Positions 1-7,386 of a DNA stretch of 46,478 nt are shown here, piece by piece. Location of the stretch: positions 1 to 46,478 of the IMG/VR virus record IMGVR_UViG_3300050161_000017; one strand, written 5' to 3'. Both the position numbers and the translations under genes were made by a program. Position 1 is the first letter of the stretch. Each line of letters opens with the position of its first letter. Source of the stretch: a virus. The notes beneath the pieces were generated by a model, which did no database searches, was not told the origin of the DNA, and worked only from the letters and a program-made list of their open reading frames with translations.

Positions 1-127
1 ACTGTAACGTCATACTGTTCTGCCGCAGCAAGGCATCGCCCCCTCCCTGCTGCGAATGAGAATCAATAGCAATAGGTATATCATAAGTAAATGATATCTC
101 CTCGCAATAGCATAGCCCCTGTTGATA
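1..127. repeat. Terminal overlap, copy 1; identical to 46352..46478, giving a unique length of 46351 bp
   Basis: Read directly. The window starts actgtaacgtcatactgttctgcc..., and the same string restarts at 46352 and runs to the last base. Confidence 0.95.
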
Positions 128-143
128 CCTCCTCGCAATAGCA
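98..143. repeat. Two 15-bp direct repeats CTCCTCGCAATAGCA (98-112 and 129-143), 31 bp apart; a third CAATAGCA box lies at 64-71
   Basis: Exact repeat read in the sequence, in a non-coding context. Confidence 0.85.
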
Positions 144-462
144 CATGATATGATATATCACTAAGGGCCGCCCCTCTAATGGATAGAAGAACACGCCTGC
201 CCACGTGAAAGGGGGCGCAACATCCTTGCTTTGTTAAGCAACATTCGGATAGTCTGCTCCGAGTCGCACGTAATAATCTGTCCTCTTTACGCACTAATCT
301 TACGTCTCAGCAACAATATTACGTCGATACCCCATTTCATGCAAGAATATATCAAAGTCCATCGAAACAACGCAATAAAATAACAATTGACCACCTGGGA
401 AACGGCCCTATACTGGGGACATCGAAAGCGAACCGGGGTTTTCCGGGGAAGCCTAGACAGGC

Positions 463-491
463 TTGACAAGCTTAGAAGGCGCGTCTAGTCT
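463..491 (+). promoter_or_regulatory. Putative sigma70-type early promoter P1: TTGACA, 17-nt spacer, TAGTCT
   Basis: The -35 TTGACA is at 463-468 and the -10 TAGTCT at 486-491. The context GGCTTGACAAG...GTCTAGTCT is repeated at 605-636. Confidence 0.5.
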
Positions 492-607
492 CTAAACATC
501 GCCAAACGGCCCGCTTTCGGGCTGCTTGCGACAAGGTGAGTGCAAACCCGCTAGGCGGCGTCCCTGCAATTTGCCAGCGTCCTAGCTAGGTGAGGTTAAA
601 TAGGGGC

Positions 608-636
608 TTGACAAGTCTAAACGGCAAGTCTAGTCT
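608..636 (+). promoter_or_regulatory. Putative sigma70-type early promoter P2: TTGACA, 17-nt spacer, TAGTCT
   Basis: Same architecture and flanks as P1: TTGACA at 608-613 and TAGTCT at 631-636. Confidence 0.5.
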
Positions 637-701
637 GGAAAACATAGTCAAAAACCACGGGAAACCGGACGGTTGGCGACAAATTGAGAAAGGGACTAGC
701 T

Positions 702-902
702 ATGGCTAGCAGAAATGAACGCAAGCGGCTTGCAAAAGCCCGTCACGCTGAATTGAAGTTGGCTGTTAGTGAAGCCCTTTCTTTAGAGGCTGCTAAACAG
801 GCTGAAAAGGCTGCGCGGCAAGAGGCTTTGATTGCTGTTAATCAATGGACACGCAAGGGCACACACTGCATTTGCCATCCGGGGCTTGACAAAGTAGTTT
901 AA
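702..902 (+). CDS. Hypothetical small basic helical protein (66 aa)
   Basis: ATG at 702 inside tracked ORF 684..902, with the purine-rich gagaaaggga upstream. No recognisable domain. Confidence 0.4.
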   Translation: MASRNERKRLAKARHAELKLAVSEALSLEAAKQAEKAARQEALIAVNQWTRKGTHCICHPGLDKVV

Positions 903-914
903 CGCCTCTAATCC
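886..914 (+). promoter_or_regulatory. Putative promoter P3: TTGACA, 17-nt spacer, TAATCC
   Basis: GGGGCTTGACAAAG has the same -35 context as P1 and P2. The -10 is weak. Confidence 0.35.
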
Positions 915-1297
915 TCTAATTCTGGTCGGTTAAATCACTTAGGCGGTGGCGCGCTTAAGGACGGTCTAATTGACACAATTCTGCATCAGTGAGTGCATCG
1001 CAGTGGCGGTGTGTTCATGCACCAAATCTTGTCTAAGCCTTGCGGGGCGGATACAAGGTAACGGGACGACGTGGGTGGATGATTTAGCTCTAGGGCGGTC
1101 AACCATACCTTGCAAACTGTCTTTAGGTGGGAGGTGCTGGCAAAAGCCTAACTAGCTTTGCCCATGCCCTAGAGACGCCCTATGACACGGGCGGGTTGAT
1201 AGCCTCTCTCTAGGTGATTTACTATCTAGCCTTGCTAGATGTAACACTATAGACGTGACTAACTGTGGATAACCTACACGAAACTAGGAGAACCATC

Positions 1298-1489
1298 ATG
1301 GGACGTGCATCATATCAAAATATCGACAACATCGTGATCGGCAACAAGAAGGCCGTGAGCCTTACGTTGGTCAAGAAGAACCACAAGAAAATCAAAGTGT
1401 GTGTGCCGGTTGGCGCGACATTCTCTCCTCAATCAACCACTTACAGCCTGCCAAAGCCTGTTCGTGAAACGCTCCGGCTGAAGATTTAG
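1298..1489 (+). CDS. Hypothetical protein (63 aa)
   Basis: ATG at 1298, 8 nt after AGGAG, inside tracked ORF 1265..1489. Confidence 0.5.
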   Translation: MGRASYQNIDNIVIGNKKAVSLTLVKKNHKKIKVCVPVGATFSPQSTTYSLPKPVRETLRLKI

Positions 1490-1490
1490 C

Positions 1491-1518
1491 TTGACAACAT
1501 AGGAAAACCGTGTATAAT
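1491..1518 (+). promoter_or_regulatory. Strong sigma70-type promoter P4 (TTGACA, 16-nt spacer, TATAAT) with a conserved downstream leader
   Basis: TTGACA at 1491-1496 and TATAAT at 1513-1518. A block of about 55 bp (GCTTGACAA...AAACC.TGTATAATATCCTAAAGGAG.GAGGGTGAAAAG) is repeated at 12641-12695. Confidence 0.7.
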
Positions 1519-1632
1519 ATCCTAAAGGAGTGAGGGTGAAAAGTATCGTAAGATACGAACAAAAGCTCTTCCTATCTGTAGTGTTTCACCTAGCAAGGAA
1601 GTTAGGATAACCTTACAGAAGGACTACCTATT

Positions 1633-2247
1633 ATGCCTGAAATCACCAACGCAATGATTGATGCAAAAATCATGGTTTTCACCACTGATCGCGACAAGTT
1701 GCGTGATCTGGGGCAAGAAGTTGCCATGATGATTGTTAATCATGCTGCACCAGAGGATGCTGGCCCCAACGCACAAGGGACTGGTGACTGCACTCGTGCT
1801 ATCAAGCTGTCTCAAGCTATGCCTAAGTCGTGGGCCGCACAGCTTACTTCTTGGTTGATTGCGTTTACCCCTATTCGCATCATGGGGACGAAAGTCGCCT
1901 ATGATGATGAATACAAGAAGCTGAAGATTACCCCCGAAATGTCGGCTGAAGACAAGGCTGGTGTGCGTGAAGAACGTCTGAAGTGGTGGAAGCTGGAAGA
2001 AGCTGCATTGCAGGCGTTTTACACGTTTGATGAACCTTCCCCTGTTGCCAAGGTTCTTGACCTTGCCGGTATCATAAAGTGGCTGGAACAGCAGGCCAAT
2101 TCGCTTGAAAAGAAGGCTGCTGATGGTAAGGTGTCTGAAGCTGAAATCGAGACTGCCAAGGCGGTTGCTGACCAGCTTCGCGCCATCAAGGTGCAGCACG
2201 TCGAACCGGCGAATGACGAGGGTGAGAAGCTGCTTGCCGTAGGCTAA
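1633..2247 (+). CDS. Hypothetical early protein (204 aa)
   Basis: Long ORF with ATG after gaagga. The antisense ORF 1624..2295 is treated as its shadow. Confidence 0.75.
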   Translation: MPEITNAMIDAKIMVFTTDRDKLRDLGQEVAMMIVNHAAPEDAGPNAQGTGDCTRAIKLSQAMPKSWAAQLTSWLIAFTPIRIMGTKVAYDDEYKKLKITPEMSAEDKAGVREERLKWWKLEEAALQAFYTFDEPSPVAKVLDLAGIIKWLEQQANSLEKKAADGKVSEAEIETAKAVADQLRAIKVQHVEPANDEGEKLLAVG

Positions 2248-2284
2248 TCCGCCCGTGTTAGAGGTAGAGAACAACTGACCTTCG

Positions 2285-2306
2285 AACGAGTGCAAGGCTC
2301 GTTTTT
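2285..2306 (+). terminator. Weak hairpin plus T-run after the 204-aa gene
   Basis: Stem aacgag (2285-2290) pairs with ctcgtt (2298-2303), followed by tttt. Confidence 0.3.
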
Positions 2307-2322
2307 ATCAGGAAGTAAAGTC

Positions 2323-2718
2323 ATGCGCATAACTCTGACAAGACAGCAACTAATTGACCTCAAGCCTTGTGATTTATCCGAACGCCTGAAACTGTTCGGG
2401 GTCAGGGATAAACTTACTATCAGGCAAGCCATCAAAGCAGGCGCAACGGTGTCGGATTTGTTGTGGGTAGCAGGTCGTCGCGGGCCTGAAGCCTTGCCGA
2501 GCATTGTAACTTTTGCGAGAAATGCTGCTGCTCGTGCCCCTGCTGATGCTGCTTATGCTGCTAGTTCCTCTGCTCGTGCTGCTGCTTATGCTGCTAGTTC
2601 CTCTGCTCGTGCTGCTGAGTATGCTGCTCGTTATGCAGCTCGTTATGCTTCTCGTGATGCTGCTCGTGCTGCTGAAGTTAAACAACAACTAGCCGATCTT
2701 GTTCGGTTGTTCGGCTGA
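2323..2718 (+). CDS. Alanine-rich repeat protein (131 aa) with AA(Y/R)AA(S/R) helical repeats in the C-terminal half
   Basis: ATG at 2323 after ggaag. The C-terminal half reads AAYAASSSARAAAYAASSSARAAEYAARYAARYASRDAARAAE. Confidence 0.7.
   Translation: MRITLTRQQLIDLKPCDLSERLKLFGVRDKLTIRQAIKAGATVSDLLWVAGRRGPEALPSIVTFARNAAARAPADAAYAASSSARAAAYAASSSARAAEYAARYAARYASRDAARAAEVKQQLADLVRLFG
2551..2616 (+). repeat. Perfect 33-bp tandem duplication (2 copies) inside the Ala-rich gene
   Basis: gcttatgctgctagttcctctgctcgtgctgct occurs twice back to back and encodes AYAASSSARAA twice. Confidence 0.9.
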
Positions 2719-2821
2719 AGAAGTTATCCCGTGCTCACATAAAAGCGTTTAGACTGCTTTTGTGAGGGTCGTTGCGGCTGGTGTATTAGGTATCGGTGAA
2801 CGACATTTTTAGGAATTGCAT

Positions 2822-2926
2822 ATGGCTCGGTTAGAATACTTCACCCTCCTCGCCTGCTGGTTTATTAGCTGGGCAGCGCCTTTCCTTGTCCTTTTCGCTG
2901 TTGCATTCTGTTTGGCTGCGATGTGA
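2822..2926 (+). CDS. Possible 34-aa hydrophobic membrane peptide
   Basis: ATG at 2822 after aggaa. Translation is MARLEYFTLLACWFISWAAPFLVLFAVAFCLAAM. It is below the ORF-track size cutoff. Confidence 0.3.
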   Translation: MARLEYFTLLACWFISWAAPFLVLFAVAFCLAAM

Positions 2927-2930
2927 CTTT

Positions 2931-3007
2931 GCGCCGTTAGCTCAACGGGACAGAGCAAAAGATTTCTAATCTTTAGGCTAGAGGTTCGAGTCCTCTACGG
3001 CGCACCA
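2931..3007 (+). tRNA. tRNA-Arg, anticodon UCU, with encoded CCA
   Basis: Cloverleaf folded by hand. Acceptor GCGCCGT/ACGGCGC; D stem GCTC/GAGC; anticodon stem AAAGA/TCTTT with loop TTTCTAA; T arm AGAGG-TTCGAGT-CCTCT; discriminator A plus CCA. Confidence 0.9.
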
Positions 3008-3041
3008 ACTTTTACTACAAGCCTCTAATGGAGAATATAAA

Positions 3042-3434
3042 ATGACTGATCTTACTGACTTCCAAGAAGCCGTTGCTGCTAAAGTTGCTGCCTGCAACAC
3101 CACTGTGCTGGATCGTGTCGTCGATCACTATGCAGAACAGGAAGCGTCCCGCCGTGTTCCTCTCATCCTTGAAGGGTTGAAGCAGGAAGACATCGTCCGC
3201 AAGTCTCTCGGCAAGTTCAAGCCCGATAATATGTATGATGACAAGGGCGATGTCGTCTCGACTTACTGGACGCAGGCTAGCTTGCAGGGTAAGAAGAAGG
3301 CCGAAGAAACTCTTGGAAAGTGGCAGGCTGCTCTCGGCCTTGCGATCAGTGAAAGCAACTATCAGCCCCTTGAAAAGCTCGTGAAGAGCGGCGGACAGTC
3401 AAACGGTAAGGACGCGGCCCCCGAAGCGGAGTAA
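3042..3434 (+). CDS. Hypothetical protein (130 aa)
   Basis: ATG preceded by ggaga; clean ORF with no recognised motif. Confidence 0.75.
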   Translation: MTDLTDFQEAVAAKVAACNTTVLDRVVDHYAEQEASRRVPLILEGLKQEDIVRKSLGKFKPDNMYDDKGDVVSTYWTQASLQGKKKAEETLGKWQAALGLAISESNYQPLEKLVKSGGQSNGKDAAPEAE

Positions 3435-3440
3435 TTGAAC

Positions 3441-3728
3441 ATGGAAAGCCTAGCCTCTCTCGACGGTCTTCGTGACCGCATCAACCGCGCTGTCGCTGAC
3501 AAGGTGATCGGCAAGATACTGACGACGGAGGCTAGGCACCATTTCAATCACGGTTACAAGACCGACTGCCAATGCACTGTTTGCGACTATCGTCGAATCT
3601 ATACTCTTGCGCAAAGCGGGCGAAACAACGACGGGCACAGGACTATGAGCGGTGGTTGGTTTGATATGCGCTACCACCGTAAAGAACTTAACCGCGCCTT
3701 TAAGAAAAAGGTGCTAGGAGAACAATAA
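3441..3728 (+). CDS. Hypothetical protein (95 aa) with a CxCxxC motif
   Basis: ATG at 3441, about 10 nt after GGAG, inside tracked ORF 3435..3728. Confidence 0.65.
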   Translation: MESLASLDGLRDRINRAVADKVIGKILTTEARHHFNHGYKTDCQCTVCDYRRIYTLAQSGRNNDGHRTMSGGWFDMRYHRKELNRAFKKKVLGEQ

Positions 3729-3925
3729 TGAAAGAACTTTTTATTGGCATGATTGCCGTTCTTGCCTTTTTTGCTGTAGTAAACACAGCAGGAATCGCGC
3801 TGAAGTCTTATAGATGCGGACAGCGTTGGGGCGACTACGAGCATCGTTATTCAGTTTTCGGCGGCTGTCAAGTCAAGGAAGACGATAAGTGGACACCTGA
3901 AGGTCGCGTCCTCGCTGTCCAGTAA
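3728..3925 (+). CDS. Small membrane protein (65 aa, N-terminal TM helix)
   Basis: TAATG overlap with the upstream gene. N-terminus is LFIGMIAVLAFFAVVNTAGIAL. Confidence 0.65.
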   Translation: MKELFIGMIAVLAFFAVVNTAGIALKSYRCGQRWGDYEHRYSVFGGCQVKEDDKWTPEGRVLAVQ

Positions 3926-4519
3926 TAACCCACGGTGCCTATCATCGCGGGTAGGTTAAATGTTGCGAACTCAAAGCAGCCGTGATTATTAATCAAGAGC
4001 CAGATGGGAACAGGTTCGGCAGGGTCAGGATTGACGCTACTAAATAGAGGGCTGTAAATGTGTAACTGCTAAGTGGTACTAAGACCACAACCGTAACCTT
4101 CACATTGACTTGCAAGTGCAGTAATCAAAACAGGGTGAGCTTGTGTTGGCGCACTTATACCTTAGAACCTGTAAGATTTTCCTCAGAAGATGGTGCTGAC
4201 GCGGCCCAGATCACTATAGATATTAGTTCTAAAATGTGATTTCGATCTCCTGTGTTCCTGTTTCCTTCTGGCTTTTGCTTAAGTTCCTCTTGGTCAGCAG
4301 CCTGATACTTTGAAGTGCCGGTAAGCTCGATGAATTAACCAGCATCTACGCAAACCTGAAAAAAGAGTTAACAACTCAATTGATGAGCATAGACTCAAAA
4401 ATAAGTAATGAATCGCCAGTCTATAAACGGATGATTACTAGCAGAGTCAAAGTACGGTGGTGCAACTCCACTCCAAGAGACCACTAATTAACACGCTTTT
4501 TGTCCTGTGGAGTAAGATA

Positions 4520-4702
4520 ATGCGTAGAATGTGGGTCAACCAGCCGTCCGACCTTCAAGCCCACCACAACCTTCATGGTGTAAATGTGTTGGCTGAAACA
4601 GAAACCGATCAAATTTTCCGTGTTTGGTTTCTGTCCGGGAGTATCCACAGTATGCAACTTCCTCGTGTCGCACTTAGCGAAGGGTGGACCAACAATGGCT
4701 GA
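4520..4702 (+). CDS. Hypothetical protein (60 aa), first gene of the amidoligase island
   Basis: ATG at 4520, 7 nt after GGAG. Its stop overlaps the next start (ATGGCTGA). Confidence 0.45.
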   Translation: MRRMWVNQPSDLQAHHNLHGVNVLAETETDQIFRVWFLSGSIHSMQLPRVALSEGWTNNG

Positions 4703-5042
4703 AATTGTTTATGTCTACGGCACTCTACGCCCCGGTAAACCAGGCACGATACAGATACCGGGAAAGCTTTACGATCTAGGTTGGTTCCCCGGCATCATCC
4801 TAGGCGGCGAGGGTCTCGTCACTTGCGAGAAGATCGAAGTGGAGGATTTAACCGCTGTTGACGCATACGAAGGGTATAACCCTCGGTTCACGATTGAAAG
4901 CTTGTACATCCGCCGTCCGATCTTGGATGGCTGGATTTACGAATACAACCAAGAGTTTGATCCTCAACGACTGGTCGCTTGTGGTGACTGGCTTATTTAT
5001 ACAAGACAGGAGCGCGGAAGAAATGGTGGACGTTTCGGGTAA
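4695..5042 (+). CDS. Gamma-glutamylcyclotransferase (AIG2/GGACT-like), 115 aa
   Basis: N-terminal VYVYGTLRPG and the DAYEGYNP...YIRR catalytic-Glu region typical of the GGCT fold. ATG at 4695 inside tracked ORF 4584..5042. Confidence 0.8.
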   Translation: MAEIVYVYGTLRPGKPGTIQIPGKLYDLGWFPGIILGGEGLVTCEKIEVEDLTAVDAYEGYNPRFTIESLYIRRPILDGWIYEYNQEFDPQRLVACGDWLIYTRQERGRNGGRFG

Positions 5043-6006
5043 GGCGAAAACTGCGCCGATTAAGGCACAGATTGTGTCGGATAAGGTCTTGGCAGACGCC
5101 AAGAAGAAGCTGAATGAGATGACAGCGAGCTGGGTTTACGGAGTGTGCCAAGGAACCTGCCTTGATCTTACCGGCGAGGAGATGGTCACTCCTCACACAG
5201 CCTGCCACTCTTGGGTTGGTTATGCTTATGATAAGGTGCGGCAGGAGTGGGGATGGTCAACCGAATACGTGAAGGGTGCGAAACCGTTCCTTGTGTTGTC
5301 GTGCCACAGCAAGAAACGCAGTGCGAAGATTTGCTCGGGTGAAGCCGTGGATGCAATCATACTGTGGATGGCCCGAGAATCTCCTTTCTCTCGGTTCGTG
5401 TTGAACCGTGACGACGAAGACAGCCTTCTAAACGGCGGTATAATTCTTCTGTGTGGTCCCGGCGCTTTGACACAGGCGCAGGCCATGTGGGTTTGCAAAG
5501 TTCTCCGCTACAGCGTGGAGGGCGGCAAGGCTCTTGATACATGGCTGACGCTCTACAAGGGCGGTGTGAACCCTCTTTTGGCTGTTCTTGTCTGCTCCTA
5601 CGTCCGCACTATTAAAGGTGCTACGTTTGGTTTTACCGGCGTGGAAGGACACAGCACGGTATTCAACTCCTACCCCGAGGGTGTGGCTGATGTTACGTCT
5701 CTGTTGGCGGGTAAGATCAACCCAGCAGCAACCGACACATGGGGTGTGTTCAACAACGGGACCGAGAAGAAAAGCTCCAAGAAAGTCTTACCCTCTGTCG
5801 TTATTAAAAGTTTCTGCAAGCCTTATCAGAAGGATGATGGCTGGGGTGGTAAGATAGATGGCGATGGCGCTGAGGGGCCAGAGTTCGTCAGACGTGTCCT
5901 CGAATGGCAGCGTGAAAATGAACCGGCGGGGACAACGTCCCCTCCTCCACCTCTTCCGCCCTCTCAACCAACAAGCAGCACGGTTTATCTCGAACTTGAT
6001 ATGTAG
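5023..6006 (+). CDS. Hypothetical Cys-rich protein (327 aa) with a Pro-rich C-terminus
   Basis: ATG at 5023 about 10 nt after GGAG. The upstream part of tracked ORF 4858..6006 overlaps the GGCT gene and was trimmed. No recognised domain. Confidence 0.65.
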   Translation: MVDVSGKAKTAPIKAQIVSDKVLADAKKKLNEMTASWVYGVCQGTCLDLTGEEMVTPHTACHSWVGYAYDKVRQEWGWSTEYVKGAKPFLVLSCHSKKRSAKICSGEAVDAIILWMARESPFSRFVLNRDDEDSLLNGGIILLCGPGALTQAQAMWVCKVLRYSVEGGKALDTWLTLYKGGVNPLLAVLVCSYVRTIKGATFGFTGVEGHSTVFNSYPEGVADVTSLLAGKINPAATDTWGVFNNGTEKKSSKKVLPSVVIKSFCKPYQKDDGWGGKIDGDGAEGPEFVRRVLEWQRENEPAGTTSPPPPLPPSQPTSSTVYLELDM

Positions 6007-6017
6007 GAGAATTGACT

Positions 6018-6362
6018 ATGGCGAAAGTTATTTACATTGACGAAGATTTGGTAGAGTTTGATGATAAATCCAAACTTTCTTCGGACCACGAACAAGATTG
6101 TTGTGAAAACCATTACCTCGACTTCTCAGGACTTACTATGCAGGATTTTGAGGGGCTGGATTTTGATCTTTCTTCCGATAGTTTCTTCGAGAAGGTGGAC
6201 GATTATGGTATTCGCCTCCTTCCTCTTAATAGCCACCCCGTCAGTGTTCCTGGTTATGGTTCTAACAATGGTTATTATTCAGCCAACCTGACACTGGTTC
6301 TTGAGAGGCCTGACGAGACAATCAAATTCGATATTTCTGAATGTCAAGTCATCAGCGGTTGA
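6018..6362 (+). CDS. Hypothetical acidic protein (114 aa) with an SDHEQDCCENHY motif
   Basis: ATG at 6018, 9 nt after AGGAG. Confidence 0.7.
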   Translation: MAKVIYIDEDLVEFDDKSKLSSDHEQDCCENHYLDFSGLTMQDFEGLDFDLSSDSFFEKVDDYGIRLLPLNSHPVSVPGYGSNNGYYSANLTLVLERPDETIKFDISECQVISG

Positions 6363-6375
6363 AGGAAAAGCTACG

Positions 6376-7056
6376 ATGATTACTCCTGTAGAATTGAAGC
6401 GTCTAGAGACTGACGCCGGTATCCGTGAAGCTCTTGATCTTCGTGTTTTTGTAGTTGGTGGTGGTTTCCAGTATATGAAGATGTTCTTTGACGCTGGTTT
6501 CAGGGGCGCTCGTTCTGTCGATGATGCGAACATCGTCTGTTTCACTGGTGGCGAGGATGTCGATCCTTCTTACTACAAGGAAAAGGCGTTGCCGGGAACC
6601 CATTACAACACCATGCGCGACGAATACGAAGCCGGTGTCTTCGGAGAAGCTCTTGCGCTGAAACGGCCAATGATTGGTATTTGTCGTGGGGCACAGTTCT
6701 TGAACGTGATGAACGGCGGTTCTTTGTGGCAAGACGTGAACCATCATGCCGGTCGTCAACACAGCGTCCTCGATGTGTTCACTGGCGAGACTTTCGAGGG
6801 CATGACAAGCACTCATCACCAACAGATGCGCCCTGCCGAAGAAGCAGAGATTGTGGCTGTCGCTGCTCTCTCCACCCGCAAAGAAAGTGCTTCCGAGAAG
6901 ATCGAGCGTGACGCCCCTGAGCGTGACGACATCGAAGTTCTTTGGTATCCTGATAGTTTGACGCTATGCTTCCAACCTCACCCCGAGTTCGTTCACGGAG
7001 ACTGTCGGGACTACTTCTTAGGACTCGTCGACAACTACATCCTCCCAGCGTGTTAA
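6376..7056 (+). CDS. Class-I glutamine amidotransferase / peptidase C26-like gamma-glutamyl hydrolase (226 aa)
   Basis: Nucleophile elbow MIGICRGAQFLNVMNGG and the C-terminal CFQPHPEF His/Glu motif. Confidence 0.8.
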   Translation: MITPVELKRLETDAGIREALDLRVFVVGGGFQYMKMFFDAGFRGARSVDDANIVCFTGGEDVDPSYYKEKALPGTHYNTMRDEYEAGVFGEALALKRPMIGICRGAQFLNVMNGGSLWQDVNHHAGRQHSVLDVFTGETFEGMTSTHHQQMRPAEEAEIVAVAALSTRKESASEKIERDAPERDDIEVLWYPDSLTLCFQPHPEFVHGDCRDYFLGLVDNYILPAC

Positions 7057-7066
7057 GGAGAAAATC

Positions 7067-7189
7067 ATGCAAGACTTGCTACTGATTCAGTACCTTCTTT
7101 TCTTGAAAGAAACAGAAAAGGACGAAAAAGTCCGTAATGAGAAGATTCTCAAAGCAGTTTCTGATTACTATATCGGGGAGGGTTTGTAA
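7067..7189 (+). CDS. Hypothetical 40-aa protein
   Basis: ATG at 7067, 6 nt after a perfect AAGGAG. Below the ORF-track cutoff. Confidence 0.5.
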   Translation: MQDLLLIQYLLFLKETEKDEKVRNEKILKAVSDYYIGEGL

Positions 7190-7191
7190 AT

Positions 7192-7386
7192 ATGTGTAAT
7201 CCCGGTGTCAGCCCTATGAGGACAGATGCTCAAATCGCCCAAGAAGCTCGGCACTACCTTAAAGGGTTGCTGGCTTGTGCCAACGAGCTGAGCAAACGCG
7301 GGTATGTGGTCTCTATGAGAGCAGCCTCGGAATATGCCGTGGCTTGGCCCGAAACTCTCGACTTCAAAAAGGAGGTATCTCTATAA
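7192..7386 (+). CDS. Hypothetical protein (64 aa)
   Basis: ATG after GGGGAGGG; TAATG overlap with the next gene. Confidence 0.55.
   Translation: MCNPGVSPMRTDAQIAQEARHYLKGLLACANELSKRGYVVSMRAASEYAVAWPETLDFKKEVSL

Noticed and set aside
1-127. True direct terminal repeat of a T7-like genome
   Set aside because: The overlap is exactly 127 bp and truncated by the window edge, and the terminase is of a headful type. An assembly overlap of a circular contig is more likely. This is kept as a low-interest finding so it can be checked.
970-1155. 61-aa Cys-rich ORF with TTG start, and a TTGACA at 970-975
   Set aside because: The ORF has no RBS and an odd composition. The TTGACA has no acceptable -10 (GTGCAT) at 17 nt. 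The region is treated as untranslated early leader.
1624-2295. 223-aa minus-strand ORF
   Set aside because: It is antisense to ORF 1633..2247 in an otherwise all-plus early region and has no RBS. The plus-strand ORF has a start context and sensible composition.
2551-2616. Possible CRISPR-like or other non-coding tandem repeat
   Set aside because: There are only two units and no spacers, and they are in frame inside a protein-coding gene, encoding AYAASSSARAA twice. No CRISPR array exists anywhere in the window.
4858-5022. Upstream 55 codons of tracked ORF 4858..6006 (TTG start)
   Set aside because: This part overlaps the well-supported GGCT gene out of frame. An ATG with an RBS at 5023 gives a conventional short overlap.
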